Source: Carcharhinus longimanus
Lineage: Eukaryota
Assembly: GCA_030264375.1 (NCBI GenBank)
Contig: JASCQW010000148.1
Location: forward strand, 21,533,262-21,597,261
DNA: 64,000 nucleotides
Direction of reading: 5' to 3'
Shown one piece after another: positions 1 through 12,800 of the stretch. The notes under the pieces were generated by a model that worked only from the letters and a program-made list of their open reading frames with translations, did no database searches and was not told where the DNA came from. A program made the position numbers and the translations under genes. How positions within the stretch are numbered: the first letter of the stretch is position 1; each line of letters begins with the position of its first letter.

Positions 1-47
1 GAATATAGATGATCTGTTGATGAAAACTATTGGAGAAATCCTAAAAT

Positions 48-163
48 AATGGATTGCAGCGATTCAAGAAGGCAGCTCACCAGCACCTTCTTAAGGGTGA
101 CTAGGGATGGGCAATAAATGCTGGCCAGCCAGCGTTGTCCATATCCCACAAATGAATAAATAA
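48..163 (+). mobile_element. 3' end of CR1/L2-group LINE (here called family B)
   Basis: ttcaagaaggcagctcaccagcaccttc...gggcaataaatgctggcc...aatgaataaa matches the reverse complement of the 3' end of the RT-bearing copy at 43580-46966. Confidence 0.75.
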
Positions 164-1994
164 ATAGACAATGATCTAGTTTTCCAATCATCACTTATTT
201 TGTATTTATACTGATTTGCTTAATCAAAAGCAATGTGAAAGCCTAAAGAGACCATCAGCTGTTAAAGAAATCTTACAGTATCTGCTGAGTAATGAAGTAA
301 AATTGCAGTAGGTTAACTTAATTCATGTTAAATGAAGAGCAGAGTTTACTACAGATAACTCTACATCTCAGTAACATACATACTGCGCCTTCACGTTGGT
401 ACATTAACCTGTTGACTTACGAATGCCTTGACTAATTTGAGTACAAGTTATATTTAGGAATAAATAGTTGAAATGTGCTAATTTAGAGATTGTACAGGTT
501 CCTACACTTTGTTTATTTTCCTCTAAAGATGACCTCTGTTTACCTAATTTGTTCAACCTACATCAAATTAGAATTATCTTTTGTACCTCTGTCTCTTTTT
601 AGTCTTCAGCATTATTACTATTGTAATATAAAATGAGATAAATAGACACGCTACCATTGAAACATTTGAACTATATGTTTGTGGTTTGAATATCCTATGA
701 TTTGTACCTAGACTCAAAAGTACATCAAGTACTGGTGCCCATCTACACTGAATATATGAAATCAGCTACTGACTTTTTTGAAATATTGGGTAACTATATA
801 AAAGTAGAATTTTCCATATTCAGAAATCAGAATAATATCCATTTTGATGGTGAAAATAGTTTCCAAACTGGTAAATATAATAGATTAATATTCAGTAAGC
901 ATATCTGTCATGAAAATTCCCAAAATGAAGTTGACGTATTAGGGCACCAATTGGGCTGGTATGAAAGGTCTAAATTTTGATTTTACCATTGAAAATCAAA
1001 ATCAGAAATATGTCTTTGTTATAACAATGTAACATTTTACAGCATATTTAGATTCAGGCTCATTTTGTGGGTGGATGGTTCTGAGTATGCTTAATTCATA
1101 GTAACGTGGGAATTTTGGGATTCTGTCTGTTCATTGTAATTTATATGTATGATTACTTTTTCCTTTCACAACTTGCAGAATGAAACATGGCACCAAATAC
1201 TTCTTGATTTGGCAATATAAATAAAACACAGAGTTTCCTTTTATTTCCCATGGGTCTATGTATCAACGGCTTTATTTTAAAGGAAGGTAGGATTGTCACC
1301 TTGCCAATTTAATCAAGGTTTACAAAATCCAAGAATTTTTTACTGTTGGAAGGAATACTTTCAAGAAAAGGAATTCAGTGGCTGTGATGAATGAAGAGGA
1401 ATCTAAGCTAAAATACAAATAAAGAGAAAGTAAAGTTGTAATAATAATATAATAATATATACTTGTTTGTACCAGTGAAGCACAAGATCAAGGCAATGCA
1501 CAACTTAAAATGTATTGTAAACTTTCATGGTGAAGTCATGCACAGAAGGCTGATGTGGAAATGAATATTGGTTTGGCTTGGCTTTGTTTGAATCAAATGG
1601 ACTTCAAAATGTATGGTAGAAATATTAACTTCATCAGGGGTATAAAATGGGTGATTTCAAATCAACTATTCACTCTACCAATCAGATAGAGTCAATGGGG
1701 GCTTATCCTGCACCAAGCCAAGCTTGAAAATTTGGTAACTTTGTGGCATTTTGTTGTAATATCCAGTGTAACAACAGTTTCTATACTTCAAAAGTAATCC
1801 AGTGATATTGAAGAACTTCTCTAGTTATTTCCTTTCTTTCCCTCTATTTCCTCCTACCTTCTGACTTACTTCCTTAGAAAATGCAGAAGCATCCTTCCAC
1901 TTTCATATCATCAAGATGCAAGTCCTTCATGGCCAGTTTTATTCACCTTTTGTCATTGCAGCCAATTACCAGACAGCATAATCCTATTCAGGGT

Positions 1995-2224
1995 GCTTTT
2001 GGTTGGGAGATAAAAGTTGGTCAGGATACTCAGAGAACACTTGTTTCTTCTGTAGTGCTGTGATCTCTACCTGAGAGGGGAAATGGAGCCTCAGATACGT
2101 GCCTAGAGGATGGTGCCTCCAACAGTGCAGCAGTCACCTATGCTGCATTGAGGTGTTGGCATTGATCACATGTTGAAATCTCCACAGATCCGACTGATCT
2201 AATAGGAGTGCTATCACTGTGCCA
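1995..2224 (-). mobile_element. Old Deu-domain (SacSINE1-like) SINE fragment
   Basis: Degenerate match to the copies at 17200-17615 and 55675-56066 (acctgagagggg..., acagtgcagca...). Confidence 0.55.
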
Positions 2225-2272
2225 ATATAGATGAATAATATGTGGAGGGAAAAGGAATGGGAAAATAATATG

Positions 2273-2750
2273 TTTGATCTGATGTATTATTGTCACATGA
2301 ATTAACATACAGTGAAAAGCATTGTTTCTTGCGTGCTATACAGACAAAACATACAGTTCATAGAGAAGGAAACGAGAGAGTGTGGAATGTAGTGTTTCAG
2401 TCATAGCTAGAGTGTAGAGGAAAATCAACTTAATGCAAGATAAGTCCATTCAAAAGCATGAGAGTAGCTGGGAAGAAGCTGTTCTTTTGTCGGTTGGTAC
2501 GTGACCTCAGACTTTTGTATCTTTTTCCCGAAGAAAGAAGGTGGAAGAGAAACTGTCCAGGATGTGTGGGATCCCTTAATTATGCTGGCTGCTTTGCTGA
2601 GGCAGTGGGAACTGTAGTAAGAGTCAATGGATGGGAGGCTGGTTTGCGAGATGCATTGGGCTACATTCACGACCTTTAGTTCCTTGCAGTCTTGGGCAGA
2701 GCAGGAGCCATACCAAGCTTAATACAATCAGAAAGAATGCTTTCTGTGGT
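2273..2750 (-). mobile_element. Rex1/Babar-type LINE, 5'-truncated 3' end
   Basis: Minus ORF NVAQCISQTSLPSIDSYYSSHCLSKAASIIK; (caaat)-type tail; matches the copies at 15110, 29908, 48974 and 49563. Confidence 0.85.
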
Positions 2751-3019
2751 TTAACTGTAAAATATGTGGAAGAAAAGGTGAACAACTTGGGCAGGGCTTG
2801 TGCTATTGGGAGAGATGCGGCATTCTCCAAATGGCTGTTAACCTGAAGATGCTTAACTGAGAAATCAGCACAATTTTTCCCTTTGTCATTTAGCATTGCA
2901 AAAATTAAGAATATATACTTTAACCTGAAATAAAAGAAGGGAATACATAGTTGACTTCCATCGAGTCAGCTAGCATAATCAGTCCCTTTACACAAAACAA
3001 GATGGCATCTCCATCTGCA

Positions 3020-3225
3020 TTCCGAAAACAATGGAGAAGAATGAAGTTCAACTAAATATCCTATTGCAGAGTCCAGTAGGATCTCTACAAAAACAATCAT
3101 GGCATTGTTTTTAATTAATGTCACTGACGCCCAATAGACAATAAGAATTTTAATTTGCAAAGATTCACTATCTGTGCTCAACAATGGAAACATTGGGAGG
3201 CAATGCAATCATTGCAATTGCTTAA
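3020..3225. promoter_or_regulatory. Candidate SoxE/homeodomain enhancer
   Basis: Two paired inverted SOX sites, TTAATTAA and TAATTTGCA in repeat-free DNA. Motif-based inference only. Confidence 0.4.
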
Positions 3226-5132
3226 ACTTTTACCATCAAGGTATGTTGAATGAATCCACTTAAACAGCAGAAAGAGCTATTTTTATAGTTGAAATAAGAT
3301 GTAGAATTACTAAAGAATGGATTTTGTAATTCATCCTTTTAAGACATCACCATTTTCCATCTCTCTCATTGCAAGTAATCCCAGTTGCCCACTTTGTTTA
3401 TAGCTAGGACTGCCTCATGTGCATGCAATATATAATATTTAATTGTTTCACATTAATAGCCATGATGATACTTCTGGGTATACTAAAGTCAGCAGGAAGT
3501 GTTCAATTTAAAACTACAACAACAGAAAATGCTCTTCATTGGATTTACCAAAGGGAAAATTTCTTGGGCATCCTTCAAGTTTGAATAGTTAGTTGCAGAC
3601 CTTTGACAGCCAGTTTGTCACAGCTGTTTGTGATAATATACCCCAAAATCACCTGTNNNNNNNNAGTGCTGCTGAGGACTCTAGGTAACAGGAAAGTGGA
3701 AAATGCACAGAAGGGGTTAGCAGCCCACACGCTGTGCAAGGATCAAAGAGTTTAAAGGTCAAAGGACATGTCTTGCCAAACCATATCTTTCTGTTGAATA
3801 GCTACTTCAGATCGTAAATCTGACGAGGATTTCATTAAGTCGTTCTGTCTGCTGCTGGGGCATGAAATCATAAAATTTTATATCATCAGCTTTTCCTGCT
3901 TCTGGCAGCCAGATTGACATATTGTTGTCCGTAAAAAGGACAAGTTTATGTCTTGTAGGAAACAAAGTTTCTTCTCACCAAAATCCCTTAAATCATTTTA
4001 GAGTCAAAGCACTGGTAAAGTTTAAAGTACCAAAAACTGTGAATAACATCGTTGATGAAAATTTAGTTTCATTATTTATTTGTGCTCATTGAAGCTGGGA
4101 GAGAATGGACCGAGCGATGAGCCTTTCTGTGGTATTTGAGGTTTTGAAGTCTTATCTTATTTCAGGGATTTGGAGAACACTTTTGTATATTTTTAATTGT
4201 CTGAAATTGCATTCAGTCACCCTGAGAAAATGATAGCAAGTGGCAGTGTGGTTAAGTCATATCTTGAAGGAGGGTTTAAAAAGACATATCATCAAGACAA
4301 ATAGTACTAACTGCTTTCTATTTAATAGGCTGGTGAATAAGGCCCCCTGTAGTTTGTTTGAAAAGTTAATGCATTTTAACTGTGTTGGTGTCATTTGGAA
4401 AATTCAAAGCACTGTTTGCACTGAGAAAACAGCTCTTACTGATTAAGTCTGTAATTCTTGGTAAGCTACATTTATAGATGTAATAAACAATGTGTTCAGC
4501 AGTTGCTAAGATGGATTTCTGGACCTCTTGATTGCATGGAGTGTGTCGTTCATAATACCAATAATGCATAGATAGGTTTCCATCAGTGTGAGGACTTTAA
4601 ATGAACTGTAGCACACAGCTAATACAAACTTGACCAACTGATGGAAGCATGGCTTTATTTAATTCCTTTCCAAGGAACTACTTATGGTTTTATTCTGATA
4701 GCAATACAAGGAAATGCCAAGTAAATATGCGTTTTTTTTAAAAAAAGATTAATTACCTAGATTGTGTTTTCTGATATTCCAAGAAGTGTTGACATTAAAT
4801 CATTAAAGATTTAAGGCTTATTGACAAACCTTCAAATAAATGCACTATGATAGGTAGATTGACTTATCTCAAATATACGCACCCCAAATGATGTTCTCCT
4901 AAACTATCTTGCAATTGCACTTTTCAGTTAAACACTTTTTGAAATTGATAACGTTTATCAGTAACATAACAAAGAGTAATTTGGTTTTTCAGAGTAGTTT
5001 TACTCCCAAATGTACAGTCCAGTTTTTATAAACCAATTTAGATTTCAAATAACATTTTTCAAAACTAGGTAGGATGTGTTGACACATTTCCTTAAGATGA
5101 AATTTTTTGTTGATTTTTTTTTTCTACAACAG

Positions 5133-5234
5133 AAAGTGAGGAATATGGCCTTAGAAGATGTTGTGATATTAAATGTGGACAACAATACACTGGAAACACC
5201 ATTTGATGATCTTCAAAGCCTTCCTAATGATGTG
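5133..5234 (+). CDS. DENND1A: DENND1A internal coding exon (DENN domain, Rab35 GEF / connecdenn 1), 102 nt, phase 0-0
   Basis: T-rich tract plus AG at 5131-5132 and GTTAGT donor at 5235. Translates [34 protein letters not shown], nearly identical to my recollection of human DENND1[35 protein letters not shown]. Confidence 0.93.
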
Positions 5235-6955
5235 GTTAGTATGGCCTAGCTCTCTCTTCTGTGTACTTGTATTACTGAACTCAACATTTAATATACCAAT
5301 TTGTTTTGAAGCTTTTTCTTTCCATTATTCTATTTCATGTCCATTTAACAATGTTATTTAATCTGCCAAGTGTTTTGTTTTTCTATAGTAAGGGGCAGGA
5401 GTGCATGAAAGCATTCTGGTACGTTATCAGCAGTCCTCACATTTCACTCCTTTTCATCCTAAATTTAAAATTGTCTCTTTCTGGAGAAACATAATTGTAT
5501 TATCTGATTTCTTTCTTTTAAAATCCATTTATGGTGTTGTTCTGACAAAATTATTAATTATCTGTGTCCCACTTTTGTTTCCTTCCAATTCTGTTTCATT
5601 TTTAAATAATGGAATGGTATTGTGAGCTAAATGGTTTTTGCTTGGCAAGAAAAAGATGTGTCCAATTTGTCTTGCACTGCATCAGTGCCACCTGCTACTG
5701 GAGTACTCTTAATTAATAGATCAAAGGGACAAGGCAGAGGTGGTAAAGTGTGTAATTCAACAGAAGATAGCAGCGTACTTTGATCTAAACAAAGTTGTTC
5801 CAGAAAGAAAAAGAACGCAATTTCTTTCCAATCCTTTATGATCGATGTTCTGATGCCTTTTTACATTTTATTTAATGCTATGATTTTTAAGTTTGATAAA
5901 GGGTAGAATAGGTTTAGGGTGTTATTTAAAGGTCTAGCTAAAGAAAAATGCCCCTTTTGATGTAGAACGCTGACTTTAAAAGTACAGCAGATAAATGAGA
6001 ATGGCATACACTGTTACATAGTCCAGTTCTTTTGTGTTTTCTTAAAAGGTGACATTGCTCACATCATTGCTCTATGTGGCACCTAGATGTTAGATGTGTA
6101 ACCAGTTATTGTGCTGCATGCAGCACCTTTAGTTTGCAACCAGCTTACCATCTGTTTGAAGTACTGGCCTGCTTTGAGTAAGCGCCCAAAATGCTGACAG
6201 CATTTTGGGTTTACTGCAATAAAAGCAATTTGACATTTACAGACATGAAAGTACATATTGCTCACAAAAAAATCCCCCCATAGGCTTTATTGTGCACTCA
6301 TTGTGCTCTACAATTTGGCACTGCAATTGGAAAAAATAATTACACAGTAACAACTGTTCTATTTCAGTGGACATAACTTAACCCTTTCAGCGACCCATGT
6401 TCTTCATAGCATGGACAAGCTCATGGGATTAGACAAAAGGCTTTTACAGATCAGAGAAACCAGAAAAATGATTATACATCCTGACATTTACTGCCAAAAC
6501 TATAAACACCTTTAATTATTCATTTTTATAATTCTTTTCATAATAACTTTTCAAAGGTCTAGTTAACTTTGACATCAAGATGGACCTCAATGCTAAGTCA
6601 AGTCTGCGCCATTTACAAACTTTTGATGCAGTGGGATAGTTTCAAAGGAAATAGCAGAAAACAAAGTAGATTTTGAGTGAACTCAACCATTCACTGTTAA
6701 ACCTAAGAGCAACCCAGTTGCAGCACAGCTAGTGTGCTGCATCACAAACTGGAAGACTTGGGGTTACAGTCACAGCCTAGGTTGAATTCACATTTGGTTT
6801 ACTCAAACAGTGAGGGAATTATCTCTGAGTGATTAGTAGCTAAAATGATGATAGCAGCCAATGTGGCTCAAGCCTGAGAAACTATGGAGGTTTCTTTGTT
6901 CACTTTAAAACATCAGATTTTACAATGCCAAATTTAAGTGTTTTAAGCATTTAAG

Positions 6956-8326
6956 GGTAACTATAGGCCAGTTAGCTTAACTTCTGTAGTAGGGAAAATG
7001 CTTGAATCTATCATCAAGAAAGAAATAGCGAGACATCTGGATATAAATTGTCCCATTGGTAAGACATAGCATGGGTTATGAAGGGAAGGTCGTGTTTGAT
7101 TGATTTAGTGGAATTCTTTGAGAACATTACTTGTGCAGTGGACAATGGGGAACCTGTGGATGTGATGTATCTGGATTTCCAGAAGGCATTTGACAAGATG
7201 CCGCACCAAAGACTGCTACATAACATAAAGGTACACGGAGTTACGGGTGATGTATTAACATGGATAGAAGATTGGTTAACTAACAGAAAGCAAAGAGTGG
7301 GGGTGAATGAGTGTTTTTCTGGTTGGTGATCAGTGATTAGTGGTGTGTGCCTCAGGGATCAGTGTTGGGACTGCAATTGTTTACGATTTACATAGATAAT
7401 TTAGAGTTGGAGACCAAACATAGTGTGTCAAAATTCGCAGATGACACTAAGATTGGTGGAAGAGCAAAGTGTGCAGAGGACGCTGAAAGTCTGCAAAGGG
7501 ATATAGATAGTCTAAGTGAATGGGCGAGGGTCTGGCAGATGGAGTACAATGTTGGTAANNNNNNNNNNNNNNNNNNNNNNNNNNNNNNNNNNNNNNNNNN
7601 NNNNNNNNNNNNNNNNNNNNNNNNNNNNNNNNNNNNNNNNNNNNNNACATTAAATTCCATTTGCCAGTTCCTGGCCCATTCGCCCAGCCTATCTAGATCC
7701 TTCTGCAGACTTTCCACACCCTCTGCGCAATTTGCCGGTTAACCAATCTTGGTGTCATCAGCAGAGGTGCTGGTGATGCCACACCTGAAGTACTGTGTAC
7801 AGTTTTGGTCTCCTTACTTGAGAAAGCGGCACTGGAGGGGATGCAGAGGAGATTCACTAGATTGATTCCGGAATTGAGAGGGTTGGCTTTTGCGGAGAGA
7901 CTGAGTAGACTGGGTCTATACTCATTCGAATTCAGAAGAATGAGGGGAGATCTTACAGAAACATATAAGATTATGAAGGGAATAGATAAGATAGAAGGAA
8001 GGAAGTTGTTTCCACTGGTGGGTGAAACTAGAACTAGGGGGCATAGCCTCAAAATAAGGGGGAGCAGATGAGTTGAGGAGGAACTTCATCACACAAAGGG
8101 TTGTGCATCTGTGGAATTCCCTGCCCCGTGAAGCAGTTGAGGCTACCTCGTTGAAAGTTTTTAAGACAAGGGTAGATAAAGTTTTGAACAGTAAAGGAAT
8201 TAAGGGTTATGGTGAGCGGGTGGGTAAGCTGAGCTGAGTCCACGAAGAGATCAGCCATGATCTTATTGAATAGCTGAGCAGGCTCAAGTGGCCAGATGGC
8301 CTACTCCTGCTCCTAGTTCTTATGTT
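6956..8326 (+). mobile_element. CR1 (HER1-like) LINE, RT region to 3' end, decayed
   Basis: ORF pieces GRSCLIDLVEFFE, YLDFQKAFDKMPH, PQGSVLG, KFADDTKIG and LYSFEFRRMRGDL; 3' UTR gatggcctactcctgctcct and ttcttatg tail. Confidence 0.95.
7647..7763 (-). mobile_element. Second CR1 subfamily nested antisense in the previous CR1 (5'-truncated at ADDTKIG)
   Basis: Minus strand encodes ADDTKIG...ESLQKDLDRLGEWARNWQMEFN; the host resumes at VLVMPHL. Confidence 0.8.
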
Positions 8327-8667
8327 TTGTTTTTTAATTTGTACTTTTACCATGTTCTGTCAACAATCTTTCATTTGATTTCTTATCATTCTAAAAAGCA
8401 TTGATATATGATGACTTGAGGTAATCTAGAATGATTAACTTACTACACAAATACACAACGTTTCCCTCTTAAGAAGCTAAGGTGAGGTGGGAGGGAGCAA
8501 AATCATCTAATATGAACTTACTTTTTCTGTCATGCAGAAAAAAAATTAATCAGGTAAAGAGGAGTCGAGTAACTCCTGTTTTCCCCTTTCTTGTTTGACA
8601 CTAACATGTTTTTTTCATTAAAACATATATACTTGCCACTTCAACATGTGTTTAACTGTTCACATGC

Positions 8668-9579
8668 TGTGGTCATAAAATACACAGTCAGACAGGTTTT
8701 CTTGAGTATTAACAAAGAAAAGAGGATAGCTTTTACTGTACTTAAACTGCCTTAAGTAAAATAATAAAATATGCTTAGACTTTCGTACTCAAAGGTCTCA
8801 CACAGCAAATAATTTACAGAATGAGGAAAGATAGGTAAAGCAAGTTAGAGTCCAGTAAAATTAAAAGGGTATACAGTTCAAGGAATTTGGTGACTTGCTC
8901 GGTTTCAGGCTGAATTTAGCAGTCCTGTCACTTCACTCAATGACCTTAAGGTTTCCAACATGGAAATTATTTAGAGATACAGACGACGATTTATCTGTCC
9001 TTCTGAAAACAGAAAGCTTTGTCTGCAATACCTGGGTTAATCACAATTAGTAAACATTGTTCAAAAGCTCATGAGTTGGATAGAACAAGAGAAAGGAAGG
9101 AATCCATAGGTTCTTGTTCTATCAGCGTCTCAGCTACTGGTCCTGTTCTGCACAGAACACAGGTGTTTAAAACACACAAAAGATTGCATTGTCCTCCAAC
9201 TGCCCCAGGATCTAAATAAGGTCAGAGGGAGTTTAGGATTGTTCGATCATGGATGGAAATCTCTCTCTCTCTTATCCAAGGCCCACATTGTTGAAGGTGT
9301 CTTGTTTAATGGTTTGTCTTCACCTGGTTGAGTACCAGGATGAGTGTCTGAACGCTCTGCTGATGTGCTTCATGCACGTTCCCCTGAGATCATAAATTTG
9401 GTGTGTTTTTGCAGACAGGTATACTCCATGTACCTCATTGGTGTTGGAATTTGGAAAGCACAGTGCTGCAAATTGTGTGGCCACCCTTGGCTGAGAGTTC
9501 AAATCACTAGAATGCAGCTTCAGTCTAGTTTTTTTTAGATTCAAAAATCAGTTTTTGATATAAACAGGTTTTCATGACA
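8668..9579 (-). mobile_element. Probable solo LTR-like repeat
   Basis: TGT...ACA termini (tgtggtcat / tcatgaca), minus-strand AGTAAA near the end and an internal (CT)n. No TSD found. Confidence 0.35.
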
Positions 9580-11464
9580 TCTGTTAATCTTGTCTTTAGT
9601 TTTTCTTTGTGTTTTCTGTGTACTTAGTTTTCACATTGGTGAATGATTAAAATATTTTAGTGCATGTGTTAGTGGTGAGTCTTTGAGCCCTGATTTCCAT
9701 TTTCAACTCCTGATATATGATATTGGCCCATAAATTCCTGGCTCCTCAGTGTCAGATTTGGGAGGGGTACACCTAAGGTGTGGTGGGGAACCTCCCTTGG
9801 AAGTTCCCAGGTAAGGCTTTATGCAGCAATTGTCCAGAAGGGCTAACTTCCCCTGTTGGGAACTATCTGACAAAGCAATATAAATCAGATGGTTCTGCCA
9901 GTTTTACACCTGTAGTTATTCTGAAACAGTTAGGAAGAATAAAATCACTTCTAATTTCAGTGTAACTATACCATGCCAACTAAACCATACCCTACTCTCC
10001 CCCTCCTCCCCCCAAAACCCCTGTGGGCCCAACACTTGAGTCCACCCCTCATCCACCCACCAGCCTAACTCAACCCCTCTCTAAGCAGCCCTGACCGGAC
10101 CCCCACAAATTTCATGCATTCCTGGACACTCACCTTTTCCCTGGCCTCTGGGTTTCTCTGAGCCCATTAAACCTATCTGTTTTCTGGCAGCTAATGTAGT
10201 ATAAAAGATTGGGGGGGTAGGGGGAACAGCATAGTGACATAGCCTCACTGAACTTGCTACTATTGCACTGTGCTGTGATCTTCAAGGATGCTTTCGCTGT
10301 AGGCACCAGGCAGCCCCAGTCAGCAGAGGTTTCAGCAAAGTTTCCAGAGCAGCTAAGTGTGTTTTACACTATTGTAATTCCAGTGGGCCATGATTTTAAG
10401 CTGCTGGGTGGATGTATGGTCTCATTGTGTTTGCATTCATTCTGCTATCGTGGTGTCAACTCTGAAAGATTCATTTTGGTCCCCAGTTTTATATCCAAGC
10501 AGTTGATGTTTGTCTTCTTGCAAGCAACAATATAATTTAGCAACTGCTGATTGTGACAAATTCCCCAACAACAGTGAAACAGAAAAAGTGCTTCAGGAAG
10601 CAATTTGTCAACATAAATGAGTGATTACATATGAATGTAATGACACAAGTATGGATACTTTATTAGTTATGGTCTCAAAATATTATTTTCTTTTAATGTA
10701 GCACTAAAAGATTATTGATCAAATTATTGAATAATTTACCATCAAAATGAATAATTTCTCAGTTAACGAACAAAATGCCTTAAGCAATCTTGAACTACAA
10801 ACATTTTCTTCTCTTGCTTTCGATCACTGGCTTTTGCAAAGTGTAAGTCAGCTCCAATTGAGCCCGGAGTTTTTTCATTTGCTATCCTTTGTCAGTCCTC
10901 TCTTTCTATGTCCTCATAATATAATATCCTTGTGATCATCTTTGTATTTATACCATTTTTCAGAAAGAGGATAATTTGAATTTCACTGTGATATATCAAG
11001 TACACCTTACAGTTTTGAAAACTTTATTAATTTGGATTTAGTGCTATGCTAGAATCAAATGCTCACACGAACTGCATCAGTTCTTTTTCCATAGGCAGTG
11101 GCCAGCGTACTGTTGCTTTTCGTTGGACAGCCAACAAGTTTGGGCAATATTTCTGCAAATGGTTGAAAAACCAACTACTTTCACTGCTAATAATTTGGAT
11201 TAATCCTGGATTTGCATGTATCTTAATTAAGCTAATAAAACTTGTCAAGTTGTCCAACAGCCATGTTGTATTCTTATTTACAAACATTAAAATACTGCAA
11301 AGAAGATTTACACTTTGTAATCTGTAATTACCACTGAATAAACTGGTATGAAATCAGCTGGGCCATCCTAAAACCCAGCCTTAACCATAGGTATCAGGAG
11401 ACTGCTGAAATTCTTGAACTATTCTGCTTTCAACTAACAGATGTTCTGTGGCAAAGCTTTTTCA

Positions 11465-11565
11465 AAGAAACAAGAAGAAGGAGTAGGCCATTTGATCCTT
11501 CGAGCCTGTATTGCCATTCATTTTGATCATGGCTGATCATCGAATTCAATATCCTGATCCCCCTT
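11465..11565 (-). mobile_element. CR1 3' terminal fragment
   Basis: ggagtaggccatttgatccttcgagcctg...gatcatggctgatc is the reverse complement of the CR1 3' UTR. Confidence 0.8.
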
Positions 11566-11619
11566 TTATTGAGAGCCTTGGGCTCATTGTGAAGTTTTTG
11601 TAAAGCTACCAAAAATCTT

Positions 11620-11980
11620 CCTTTGAAGTATATAAACCTAGTCCCTTTTAAAAATATTAATTCTTAAACTGTAGGCAAATAATGTTGGACGTCTAGAATA
11701 AAGGATCATAGGTATAAGATGAAATCAAGACATTTGAAATAGAATAAGAAAAGCTACATTATGTAGAGAGATGGCAGCTGTAAAATTTTGTTTCCAGTGT
11801 TGGCATTTGAGGCACAAACCATGAACATGAATGTTTAGGTTGGATAGGTGGATGTTGGAAAATAGGGTGAGGGGATAGGCGAACAGGGTGGCAAATGTGG
11901 TAAAAACAATTTACTCACCTGAAGGATAAATGCCGATGTGGATTGGTTGGCCTGTCTGTCCTATATGTGTTCTATATTGT
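11620..11980 (+). mobile_element. Old CR1 3' fragment
   Basis: Degenerate TRGHxxK-like coding relic and ggcctgt...ttctat terminus. Confidence 0.45.
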
Positions 11981-12314
11981 AACTTCTCTGTATTTTTATT
12001 TCAATGCATGCCTGTATTTAGTTTGCCATATACAATAATTACAATCTTTGGCTGGCCAGTGAAATGTCCTATCATGTAATGACTTGCACAGTGAAAATGT
12101 GACTTTTTTTTGATAATTGCATATTATGGCACCAATATACTTTGGCACTGAATCATATTATTAGAATCAAAACAGATACTCTACTCCAGCTAGAGTTCCA
12201 TTGTATTAGTCTCATAAATGTGGTTTGTCATAAGAAAAGAAACTGACAAAATTATAACTTGCAGCGTTGAGATATGGCATATTCAGATATTTATATTTTG
12301 TTTTATTTTTTATT

Positions 12315-12800
12315 ACATTTAAGAAAGGAAGGTGGGAGAAACTAGGAAACTGCAAGCCTGACGATGTAACATGAGTTGTGGGGAAGTTAGTGGAATCTAT
12401 CATCAGTGACAGTGTGGCTGAGCACTTGAACAACTCTCAGCTGATTAAAGAGAGTCAGCATTGATTTGTGAAGCATGAGTCATGTTTGACTAATCCAGTT
12501 GAATTTTTTGAGGTGGCTGCTTGGTGGATAGAGAAGTATGTACAGGTATTGCTTGCATGGATTTCCAGAAAAGACTTGTTAAGATTTTGCACAAAAGTTC
12601 ACTAGATAACAGAATTGGAAGTAACCTTCAGATGGGTTGACAATTAGCTAGAAGGAAGGAGACAGAGTAGCAATGAAGGGAATGTACTCTGTTTGACAGG
12701 GTGAGATGTGAACCTTGGGACCTGTACTGAGATCTCAGCCTTTCACCAAATATTTTAATGACTTGGATGAAGGAATCAAAGATTATATATCTAGTTATCT
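12315..12800 (+). mobile_element. CR1 RT fragment
   Basis: Relic PGNxxP, ESQHxFVK, SCLTN, MDFQK and INDLD codons. Confidence 0.8.

Noticed and set aside
5173-5361. ORF-track entries overlapping the exons (also 39915-40160 minus)
   Set aside because: Wrong frame or strand relative to the real DENND1A exon reading frames.
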